40,613 bases of DNA, taken from IMG/VR virus record IMGVR_UViG_3300011427_000005, positions 1 through 40,613 of that record. One strand, given 5' to 3'. How positions within the stretch are numbered: position 1 is the first letter of the stretch; every line of letters begins with the position of its first letter. Below are positions 9,246-15,734 of the stretch, one piece after another. Both the position numbers and the translations under genes were made by a program. This DNA is from a virus (Duplodnaviria; Caudoviricetes). A model generated the notes under the pieces. It made no database searches, was not told the origin of the DNA, and saw only the letters and a list, made by a program, of their open reading frames with translations.

Positions 9246-9375
9246 GCCCAACGGCTTAGATTACCCGCACCTGAGCGGGCTTGGATTCGCTGTCCGACTG
9301 AGATAAATTATCGGCGTTGACAACTGCTTGAGATGACGCCAGACTCTCAGGCGTCGGGCGCATCTTTTGTTCGGC
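9246..9375 (-). repeat. attC site closing cassette 6 (130 bp)
   Basis: GCCGAAC AAAAGA TGCGCCCG ACGCCTGAG ... CTCAGGTG CGGGTAA TCTAAGCC GTTGGGC. Confidence 0.88.
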
Positions 9376-9552
9376 GGCAACACGATCAAAATACCCATTC
9401 ATTTCGATCTTGGGTTGACCATCACACGGCGTATAAAAAACGGAAGAAACGCCGTGGTGGTGGTTATAGCACCAGCCACAAGCCACTCTGCCGCAGTGTT
9501 TACAACGTGTGCCCCGTTTTATTTCATTGCCACAATCATCACATTTTTTCAT
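9256..9552 (-). CDS. Cassette 6 gene, zinc-finger protein
   Basis: AAGGAG RBS; CDDC, CKHC, CGWC, HHH; reads through the attC. Confidence 0.75.
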   Translation of the reverse strand: MKKCDDCGNEIKRGTRCKHCGRVACGWCYNHHHGVSSVFYTPCDGQPKIEMNGYFDRVAAEQKMRPTPESLASSQAVVNADNLSQSDSESKPAQVRVI

Positions 9553-9573
9553 ATCGCTCCTTTTGGAAGTGCC

Positions 9574-9665
9574 GCCGAACGGTTTGCGTTACCCGCAGGG
9601 GCGGATAACAACATAATTGATTTAGAGCCTACGCCCGCCCTTGTCGGGTGGACGCTTTGTTGAGC
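9574..9665 (-). repeat. attC site closing cassette 5 (92 bp)
   Basis: GCTCAAC AAAGCG TCCACCCG ACAAGGGCG ... CGCCCCTG CGGGTAA CGCAAACC GTTCGGC. Confidence 0.9.
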
Positions 9666-9819
9666 GCATGACTTTTACGCGGAACTGTGCGCCCTTCAAA
9701 ATATCTGCGTGCCGAACAATAGCAATGATGTTCCACGCTTTTTCACGAGTATCAACGGGTGGATAAGATATACCTACCCACTTTTTTCCATCTAACGAGC
9801 ATTGCGCTTTATATTTCAT
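9622..9819 (-). CDS. Cassette 5 gene, hypothetical
   Basis: MKYKAQC, 65 aa; GGAG Shine-Dalgarno supplied by the R' sequence GTTGGAG. Confidence 0.65.
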   Translation of the reverse strand: MKYKAQCSLDGKKWVGISYPPVDTREKAWNIIAIVRHADILKGAQFRVKVMRSTKRPPDKGGRRL

Positions 9820-9825
9820 GTGTCG

Positions 9826-9952
9826 CTCCAACGGTTTGCGTTAGCGGCGGGTGGATGGCTTGGTTGAAGCCTTCCGAGCCGATAACTTTTTGGGATTGGA
9901 TAATGTTTGAGGCGGAGACAGCACCACCCGCCCGCTGCACGCTTTGTTAGCC
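9826..9952 (-). repeat. attC site closing cassette 4 (127 bp)
   Basis: GGCTAAC AAAGCG TGCAGCGG GCGGGTGG ... CCACCCG CCGCTAA CGCAAACC GTTGGAG. Confidence 0.9.
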
Positions 9953-10074
9953 GCCGCCACAACGAACACGGCGATTTGCGAGCCACGACCCCTACTTACA
10001 CGGAAGCCACATTGACGGGCAGCTTCCGTGATTTGTGTATATGCTTCGTCGGTGAAATAAATTGACTTAGGCAT
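9841..10074 (-). CDS. Cassette 4 gene B, ribbon-helix-helix-like regulator
   Basis: MPKSIYFTDEAYTQITEAARQCG (short strand + helix); stop is the L' TAA. Confidence 0.6.
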   Translation of the reverse strand: MPKSIYFTDEAYTQITEAARQCGFRVSRGRGSQIAVFVVAAANKACSGRVVLSPPQTLSNPKKLSARKASTKPSTRR

Positions 10075-10364
10075 TAGACATCCCAATATTCACAATACCC
10101 GTCGCCTTCTTCAATCCACGCTCCGCAGGTATTGTGATCGCACTCTTGCAACCCAACGGCAGATGATTGTAAATCTTCAAATGCTTCATCATAAAGATTT
10201 GAAGCGCCTCCGCTTGCCCAGGCAGTGACTAATTCGTGATTGCCGCCAAAGTTTTTACCTTGCGGTGCAGTAATGTGGACTGTCTGGTATCTACCATCTT
10301 CAAGATTGACTTCAACGCTGCAACTAAGAGCTTCGACTTTCTGAATGAGTTGTTTTTTGTTCAT
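10074..10364 (-). CDS. Cassette 4 gene A, acidic hypothetical
   Basis: AGGAG RBS, MNKKQLIQ; TAATG coupling to gene B. Confidence 0.7.
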   Translation of the reverse strand: MNKKQLIQKVEALSCSVEVNLEDGRYQTVHITAPQGKNFGGNHELVTAWASGGASNLYDEAFEDLQSSAVGLQECDHNTCGAWIEEGDGYCEYWDV

Positions 10365-10384
10365 GACTAATCTCCTATAAAACA

Positions 10385-10413
10385 ATTATATCACATAATC
10401 TATAGATTGTCAA
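10385..10413 (-). promoter_or_regulatory. Sigma70 promoter of cassette 4 with palindromic operator
   Basis: TTGACA-17-TATAAT; palindrome AATCTATAGATT overlapping the -35 box and spacer. Confidence 0.85.
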
Positions 10414-10490
10414 ATCCCATATTCGGGAAGTATGAAAATCTCCATAGGTAAATGACGGTCTGCTATACAAACTCGTTTTGCAGGTGGGCG

Positions 10491-10603
10491 GTCTAACGGC
10501 TGTATTAGCCGGTTTGCGCGGGCAAGACAACCTTTGATTTACGAACACGACTGCGGGCAGAAACGCGACGCCCACGAGGAGAAGGCTGAATACTTTGTTC
10601 GGC
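10491..10603 (-). repeat. attC site closing cassette 3 (113 bp)
   Basis: GCCGAAC AAAGTA TTCAGCC ... GGCTAA TACAGCC GTTAGAC. Confidence 0.82.
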
Positions 10604-10723
10604 GGGCGACACTGCCCACAGAACAAATCTTTGCAAAACCGCATCGCCTTTACAACGAGAACATTTGCGCCAGTTCATTGTTTGGCAATCACAGCGCGGG
10701 CAATACCATAAAGTTATTTCCAT
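10505..10723 (-). CDS. Cassette 3 gene, zinc-ribbon protein
   Basis: GAGG RBS, MEITLWYCPRC...CSRC; stop is the L' TAA. Confidence 0.7.
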   Translation of the reverse strand: MEITLWYCPRCDCQTMNWRKCSRCKGDAVLQRFVLWAVSPAEQSIQPSPRGRRVSARSRVRKSKVVLPAQTG

Positions 10724-10743
10724 GAAACCTCTGCAAAGTAGCC

Positions 10744-10847
10744 GCCGAACGGTTTGCGTTAGCGGCGGCGAGTGAGAAACCACCACCGCCTATGCAAAAT
10801 GATTTTGACCTACTCGGCTTCGCCGTCCGCTTCATGCTGTGTTGGCT
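10744..10847 (-). repeat. attC site closing cassette 2 (104 bp)
   Basis: AGCCAAC ACAGCA TGAAGCGG ACGGCGA ... TCGCCG CCGCTAA CGCAAACC GTTCGGC. Confidence 0.9.
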
Positions 10848-11172
10848 GTGTTTTCGCAGGACGACCACTACTGAGACGACCATTGATGCGGCTCTGCTCT
10901 GAGCGTTTTTCGCTTTTGATCGCTCGCAGTTTTGCGGCGGCGGCTGATTGATTGGCTCTGTCCATTTCAGACGAGCATTCATCGGCGGTGAGATTTTCGC
11001 CGTACTCTGATTTCAATCTGCGGGCGATGGTTTTCCATTCATCTGTTCCGTGATCGGCTGGCTCACATGATCCGTATCGAGCGGCGTAGACCATAGCGGC
11101 GGCGAGTGTAAAACCTACACTCGCATTCGGGTTCTGTTCCAATATGCGGCGGTAGTGCTGTTCGTTTCTCAT
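10810..11172 (-). CDS. Cassette 2 gene C, C-terminal SxxNGxxxxGRP motif, putative autoregulator
   Basis: GGAG RBS, MRNEQ; AAAKLRAIKSEKRSEQSRINGRLSSGRP resembles the cassette 8 C-terminus. Confidence 0.65.
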   Translation of the reverse strand: MRNEQHYRRILEQNPNASVGFTLAAAMVYAARYGSCEPADHGTDEWKTIARRLKSEYGENLTADECSSEMDRANQSAAAAKLRAIKSEKRSEQSRINGRLSSGRPAKTQPTQHEADGEAE

Positions 11173-11174
11173 GG

Positions 11175-11639
11175 CTATTCTCCACAGTGACAATGTTTAT
11201 CGAGACAATATTCGCAATCCAAACACACGGGTTCATTATCGCAACCATGTTTTGAGCATGTCTCCCAGAGTTGTCCGCTGGATTTGCGTTTGCTGAATTG
11301 AGGAACAAAACTATCGGTTTCGGTGTGGATGTTGAAATCATCACTGCCTGCTCCGCCAATTCCTAGACCGCTGGAAATGTCCATAGATTGCCATTCACGA
11401 ACAACTGTCATTTTCTCGGCGGGTGTGGGAGCGTCACATAAAACGATTTCATTTTCGCCACCGAGACCGCCGTGCAATCCTGTTCGAGCATTGCGATATA
11501 CAATACCAGGGTATCTCATCCAGTCGGCTGGGCGATTGTCGTCAACGCATTCCAGCACATCGGTCTCATCGTATTTACTGGGCTGTCCACGATAGATGAG
11601 TTTGAAAAATTGTCCGTTGGTCAATTGATTTGCATTCAT
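11175..11639 (-). CDS. Cassette 2 gene B, Cys-rich C-terminus
   Basis: 154 aa; CSKHGCDNEPVCLDCEYCLDKHCHC. Confidence 0.7.
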   Translation of the reverse strand: MNANQLTNGQFFKLIYRGQPSKYDETDVLECVDDNRPADWMRYPGIVYRNARTGLHGGLGGENEIVLCDAPTPAEKMTVVREWQSMDISSGLGIGGAGSDDFNIHTETDSFVPQFSKRKSSGQLWETCSKHGCDNEPVCLDCEYCLDKHCHCGE

Positions 11640-11650
11640 GGTTTCGTTTC

Positions 11651-11992
11651 CTATCTACGGCTGGCAGTCCAGCGGGCGCGGTGTGCCTGATTGCGGCGGC
11701 TGAGATATGCGTTCACATCGGAGAACGCTTTTTCGGTGGATGAAAAATCAATTTTTCCAATCTGATTTTCAAAACCGTATGCGCCAGTTGCCTGTGCCAG
11801 TTTGTTGAGAATGACGGTCTCGCGGGCGTAGCGTGTGACCTGCTCATCGGTCGGGGTGCGGTTTCCGTAGTACGCCAGGCTGGTTCGCGCTTTTTCCGGA
11901 TTGAGTGCCTGACCATCTGCGGCGGCGATTGCGTTCTGAACCAGTTCTGCTACGTTGTATTCTGCGCCTTTTATTTGTCGTTTTGTGTTCAT
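11651..11992 (-). CDS. Cassette 2 gene A, hypothetical
   Basis: AGGAG RBS directly after the promoter; 113 aa. Confidence 0.7.
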   Translation of the reverse strand: MNTKRQIKGAEYNVAELVQNAIAAADGQALNPEKARTSLAYYGNRTPTDEQVTRYARETVILNKLAQATGAYGFENQIGKIDFSSTEKAFSDVNAYLSRRNQAHRARWTASRR

Positions 11993-12021
11993 GTTTTTCT
12001 CCTGTATTGATTGATAACAGG

Positions 12022-12051
12022 ATTATAAACCCAACGTCGGGATATTGTCAA
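12022..12051 (-). promoter_or_regulatory. Sigma70 promoter of cassette 2 with palindromic operator
   Basis: TTGACA-18-TATAAT; imperfect palindrome CCCGACGTTGGG in the spacer. Confidence 0.8.
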
Positions 12052-12120
12052 GGGTAAACAGGAAACTCGTTTTACTCGGTTTACTCGGTTTTTGCACGAA
12101 ACCATGAACGCGGAGCAAAC

Positions 12121-12241
12121 AGCCAACGGTTTGCGTTAGTGGTGTGGCTGAGAGCCAGCATCACGAGCGCAACTAATTCGAGATTGGATCACTACCAGCG
12201 GGAGGTGAATCAGCCACATCCACTGCACGCAGATGTTCTAC
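12121..12241 (-). repeat. attC site closing cassette 1 (121 bp)
   Basis: GTAGAAC ATCTGCG TGCAGTGG ATGTGGCTGA ... TCAGCCACA CCACTAA CGCAAACC GTTGGCT. Confidence 0.88.
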
Positions 12242-12364
12242 GGCTTGCCTGTCTTGCTCAGCCCAAAATTCCTCTTTCGTCATTCTGGCTGACCATAGAT
12301 AGATTGCAAACGCAACCCAACCGACCCACTCACGCACATTATCAAAAAAACTTGGTTTACCCAT
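12173..12364 (-). CDS. Cassette 1 gene, small protein with Trp-rich hydrophobic segment
   Basis: AAGGAG RBS; 63 aa; WVGWVAFAIYLW. Confidence 0.7.
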   Translation of the reverse strand: MGKPSFFDNVREWVGWVAFAIYLWSARMTKEEFWAEQDRQAVEHLRAVDVADSPPAGSDPISN

Positions 12365-12386
12365 AACACTCCTTTATAAGATAGCC

Positions 12387-12425
12387 GTAGAACTATTGTA
12401 TTAACTGCAACGTATGAACATAATA
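12387..12425 (-). other. attI-like primary recombination site
   Basis: Minus ATGTTCATACGTTGCAGTTAATACAATAGTTCTAC: non-hairpin, AT-rich L-spacer-GTT core with upstream GTT repeats; GTTCTACGGC complements R'' of the first attC. Confidence 0.7.
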
Positions 12426-12743
12426 TCATGGTTCTAATTCTGCGTCAAGGGCGCGGCGAACAAGTTGCGACTGCATCCCGGGAAGCGGCGAGCGTTTTTC
12501 CAACGCTGTTTTTTGCCTGCGCGTGATCCAGAACGTAGCCCGAACCATATCATTATTTTTTGCGCCGACTCTGATAATGGAATATGCCTTACTGCCATCT
12601 ACCTTATCATTGATGACGTACAGTGATTTTAGATTACAAGTCCCGCAGCGGCTATACAATCGCGCTCCGGTTGGCTGGGGGGATTGCAGAGTCTTGCATC
12701 CGCAATGTGGGCAGGGCTGAGATAAATATTTTTTGTATTTCAT
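12426..12743 (-). CDS. Zinc ribbon + RHH-like DNA-binding protein
   Basis: CPHC...CGTC; C-terminal MVRATFWITRRQKTALEK...QSQLVRRALD. Confidence 0.6.
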   Translation of the reverse strand: MKYKKYLSQPCPHCGCKTLQSPQPTGARLYSRCGTCNLKSLYVINDKVDGSKAYSIIRVGAKNNDMVRATFWITRRQKTALEKRSPLPGMQSQLVRRALDAELEP

Positions 12744-12985
12744 TTCATTACCGTATACATTCCCTGTGCATCCGAGACCTGCGAGATTAGCCTATCACGT
12801 CTCAAGGCGTGAAGCGCGCGCTTCGACTCGTAGTATTGAAAGTTAAATTTTAACTGCATCATTGTATGACTTACTGCCTGCTCCCCCATCGCCCACGTTT
12901 TGATCTTGTCATAATTGGGCGGATAGACAAACGCGATTTCACTCGGTTGATATTCGTCGTCCGGGTCGGGATCTATGGGTGACAT
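12740..12985 (-). CDS. FtsK-gamma-like winged-helix small protein
   Basis: AVSHTMMQLKFNFQYYESKRALHALRRDRLIS resembles the FtsK gamma consensus. Confidence 0.45.
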   Translation of the reverse strand: MSPIDPDPDDEYQPSEIAFVYPPNYDKIKTWAMGEQAVSHTMMQLKFNFQYYESKRALHALRRDRLISQVSDAQGMYTVMK

Positions 12986-13183
12986 TTATCCTCCTCGTAT
13001 TATCTGCGCCACGGTGCGGCACTTGGGACAAACGTATATCGCGAAAGTCGACCTGCCCGTTATAACTTGGGCGTGACCAACGTAGAAGCAGTGGACGCAG
13101 CGCATCACGAGACTCTCAGACATTTTGACTTTCACGGGACACGATACGATGGACAGTAGTTTATGGTTGGTGGTGGTTGTCAT
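12986..13183 (-). CDS. Zinc-ribbon hypothetical protein
   Basis: GGAGG RBS before MTTTT; CVHC...CPKC. Confidence 0.5.
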   Translation of the reverse strand: MTTTTNHKLLSIVSCPVKVKMSESLVMRCVHCFYVGHAQVITGRSTFAIYVCPKCRTVAQIIRGG

Positions 13184-13866
13184 CTCGCCTCCTGAAATAA
13201 TGGCAGGGCAGAATGAGTCTTTTCCCATCCCATTAGTACCCGCTCGACTGTCTCAAAGATCATTTCCTTCCCAAAGTTAAATCCATGTGTAAACCATGCT
13301 GTTGGAAATTGCGCTCCTGAAGTAAGTTTTTGCTTTAGTTCTCCGGTCTTTTTATCAATGATATATACAGGTTCGCCAGAGTCGTCTAATACAATCGTGG
13401 GCTTTAGAGTCTCCTCCCACGTTTTATGTGAGGGCATTTTGAAATTGATACGCTTATCCATGTAAATAATTTCTATGCCGTAGTTATCGAATAGCCTTTG
13501 CGCCCTCGCCGCTCCGATGGTTTCAACCGGCATGAGCAACGCAAAGGGCAAACCCAATTCATAGGACTGTGCAAGCCACTCATATTTAATAGAAAACGGC
13601 GGGTTAGTGATCTGGCAGTCCAACGCATCAGAGGCTAAGGAGTAATGAAAGAAATTTTGCCCGGTTAATAAATCGGTTGGGGTTACTGTGTAATTGAAAT
13701 ATTCCAACGTCTTGACTATGTTCCCTTCCCCTGATGCCGGCTCCCAAACCTGTAACTCTGTTGGAATATGTCTGAGTAATGGAGTAAGAGCATATGCCGG
13801 AGTCTGGCATCTATCATAGGTTAGTGATTTTGTTTCGTCACTTAGTTGGTTTGTTTTGGGTTTCAT
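13180..13866 (-). CDS. Phage N6-adenine DNA methyltransferase-like protein
   Basis: TPxYA, WEPASGEG (SAM motif I) and ITNPPFS (motif IV). Confidence 0.8.
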   Translation of the reverse strand: MKPKTNQLSDETKSLTYDRCQTPAYALTPLLRHIPTELQVWEPASGEGNIVKTLEYFNYTVTPTDLLTGQNFFHYSLASDALDCQITNPPFSIKYEWLAQSYELGLPFALLMPVETIGAARAQRLFDNYGIEIIYMDKRINFKMPSHKTWEETLKPTIVLDDSGEPVYIIDKKTGELKQKLTSGAQFPTAWFTHGFNFGKEMIFETVERVLMGWEKTHSALPLFQEAR

Positions 13867-14005
13867 TACATATCTCTCATTTCCGGGATCTTACCCAGCC
13901 GGGGTTGGTTCGGTTCGGGAGGAGTACACACGTCAATCAATAACCTAGTATACGCCCAAATCATGAGCCACAAAAGCAGCAGGCGAAATAGGTAGAAAAT
14001 GATTG

Positions 14006-14290
14006 TCATTTTTTAATCACCCATCCAGTACCTTTACAGGTCGGACATTCTACTGCACTAAAATTCATCATTTCATCCACTGTGACACCCAGGGACTTCG
14101 CCAATTTCTGAATAAAAAACACAGACGGGTTTAGCGTTGTGCCATTTTCCAAACGAGACAAGGCTGAAAAATCAATGCCTACCTTGCTTGCAAACTCCCT
14201 CAGAGACAAGCCTTGTTTTTGGCGCATCAGAGAAATACTGGCTCCTAGTTTTCTCATCCGCGCCTCCTGAGACTCTACTCGTTTTGTCAT
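14006..14290 (-). CDS. XRE-family HTH regulator with C-terminal CxxCxGxG
   Basis: LSLREFASKVGIDFSALSRLENG; CPTCKGTG. Confidence 0.85.
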   Translation of the reverse strand: MTKRVESQEARMRKLGASISLMRQKQGLSLREFASKVGIDFSALSRLENGTTLNPSVFFIQKLAKSLGVTVDEMMNFSAVECPTCKGTGWVIKK

Positions 14291-14601
14291 TTCAACTTCT
14301 TTATGGGCAAGTTTCCGTTATCGACAAAGAACTGCAATATCGGAATCAATTCTGCAACCTGCTTGCGGCTTAGGTGCATCCGGGCTACACAATCGTAACC
14401 ATCTTTTTCCAGGTCAATTACCTGATGTCCGTTGCCGGTTTTATAATGCGTACCTCCATCACGTCCAATCCAGATCGCCCGCTCATCTGCCAGCGAACTC
14501 ATTTGAATCGAACAGGAATCGCCGTATAAATCTTTGAACTCGGCTTTGAGAAAACCGCGTCGAGTCGGTTGAAACATTATATTTAGTTTTTTGCTATTCA
14601 T
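14287..14601 (-). CDS. Phage hypothetical protein
   Basis: GGAGG RBS, MNSKKL; RGF...FKDLYG..CSIQ.SS pattern that I recall from phage early proteins. Confidence 0.6.
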   Translation of the reverse strand: MNSKKLNIMFQPTRRGFLKAEFKDLYGDSCSIQMSSLADERAIWIGRDGGTHYKTGNGHQVIDLEKDGYDCVARMHLSRKQVAELIPILQFFVDNGNLPIKKLK

Positions 14602-14753
14602 TTTTCCTCCGCCTGTAGTTTTCGCATCTTTGCCGCAATCTCTTTGCACTTACGGATACCAGCGCGGGCGGCGTTTATATCGACACGAACCATCATTTGA
14701 TAATAATGCAATTCCTGCTTATGCTCTTTGATTAGAGTCTTGTTCGTTTTCAT
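14598..14753 (-). CDS. Small basic protein (51 aa)
   Basis: MKTNKTLIKE...LQAEEK*, ATGA-coupled on both sides; not in ORF track. Confidence 0.5.
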   Translation of the reverse strand: MKTNKTLIKEHKQELHYYQMMVRVDINAARAGIRKCKEIAAKMRKLQAEEK

Positions 14754-15106
14754 TTTTTACCACAAGCATTGTCAGACAAATAGATTGAGTTGACCCAGCG
14801 CGGATGCTCATTGTCCGTGTTGATCCTCGCCCAATTTCCAAAGCATGAGTAAACCGTAACCTGTTCATTGCGAACCAAATACACCTTGATGCTTGGGTAT
14901 TTCGTGCCGGGTCCAGAACGGATATTCAGCGTCTCAGCGGCGGTGACGTAGGCGGACACGGTTTTTGAGTTTTTCGCCACGGGAAGGGCATTCTCTCTCG
15001 TAGATTTTGGCGGATTCGTGGCAATCCTCGCCGGTTGTGGAACTGACGACATCACGCAGGATAGGGACGTGACTGCCAACAGGATAGCCAACAGGACGAT
15101 TTTCAT
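14750..15106 (-). CDS. Lipoprotein with SH3b domain
   Basis: Signal peptide with LSC lipobox; LNIRSGPGTKY...WARI....WVNSIYL. Confidence 0.8.
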   Translation of the reverse strand: MKIVLLAILLAVTSLSCVMSSVPQPARIATNPPKSTRENALPVAKNSKTVSAYVTAAETLNIRSGPGTKYPSIKVYLVRNEQVTVYSCFGNWARINTDNEHPRWVNSIYLSDNACGKK

Positions 15107-15657
15107 TTTGCCGCCGTGCCAGTGGCCATCAGTGCCTTATCAGTGTCTTGTAAGTGCCCGTCAGTGCTTTGCCAACCTGTAACCGGCTTCCCGTCTAGCA
15201 GGATATGCCCGTTGCCAGTGTCTAGTTTATGACCGGGAGGCGCGGCAACGAAGATAATGCCGTCAGTCTCGAACCTCATAAACACTGGCAGTCCTGCCAA
15301 ATAGGGTGCTGTGCTTCGCTGTACCTTCGACAATCTTCCTGTAACAGGCTCAATAACTCTGCCAGTGTCTCTAAGGTATTGGCGCTTACGTTCTTCATCG
15401 GGGCAACTTGCAAAGGCTTTGCCGCCTCGTTTGACGCGTTTGCCAGTGGCCGGGTCACGGTAGACTCGTTGCCAATAGAAGTATCCTGTACCTTGCCAGT
15501 GTCCATTTTTGTTCTGCTTTCTGCCTTCAAAGAAATGGTAAGGCATTCCGGGTGCTATGTTGCCAGTGCCTTGCCAGTGGCCATCAGTGCCTGTGTTAGC
15601 AAGGTCTCGCATGACCTGAATTAGGTCATCAGTGTCTACGGCACTGGCAACAGACAC
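15103..15657 (-). CDS. Hypothetical protein with repeated GHWQGTG (start uncertain)
   Basis: 184 aa ORF over a CAGTG-repeat-rich tract. Confidence 0.5.
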   Translation of the reverse strand: MSVASAVDTDDLIQVMRDLANTGTDGHWQGTGNIAPGMPYHFFEGRKQNKNGHWQGTGYFYWQRVYRDPATGKRVKRGGKAFASCPDEERKRQYLRDTGRVIEPVTGRLSKVQRSTAPYLAGLPVFMRFETDGIIFVAAPPGHKLDTGNGHILLDGKPVTGWQSTDGHLQDTDKALMATGTAAK

Positions 15658-15734
15658 TGATAGGGAGTGTGAGTCTATATCAGTGTCTTGGTTGCCTGTC
15701 TCTTGCGAGTCTGTTTCCCGGCTGATAACAGACC

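Larger units (their letters stand above)
7519..12425 (-). mobile_element. Integron-type gene cassette array (attI-like site + 11 attC-like sites, no integrase)
   Basis: Repeated imperfect hairpins ...AAC-N6-L''...L'(TAA)-N-GTT... between small co-oriented genes; cassette 5' ends complementary to their own R''. Confidence 0.9.

Noticed and set aside
8849-12139. Direct repeat as a DGR template/variable repeat pair or attL/attR
   Set aside because: Non-coding, differences are not adenine-specific, and no reverse transcriptase or integrase is present in the window
7519-12241. AACGGTTTGCGTTA repeats as a CRISPR array
   Set aside because: Intervals are 250-1400 bp, contain full genes, and the repeats are one arm of long imperfect hairpins; no cas genes are present
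7519-12241. Hairpins as intrinsic terminators or REP elements
   Set aside because: No U-tracts, they lie inside reading frames, and they show R/L box architecture with cassette-specific end complementarity
14006-14290. XRE protein as the lysogeny repressor
   Set aside because: Embedded mid-operon, coupled to its neighbour, with no divergent cro/promoter pair and no integrase
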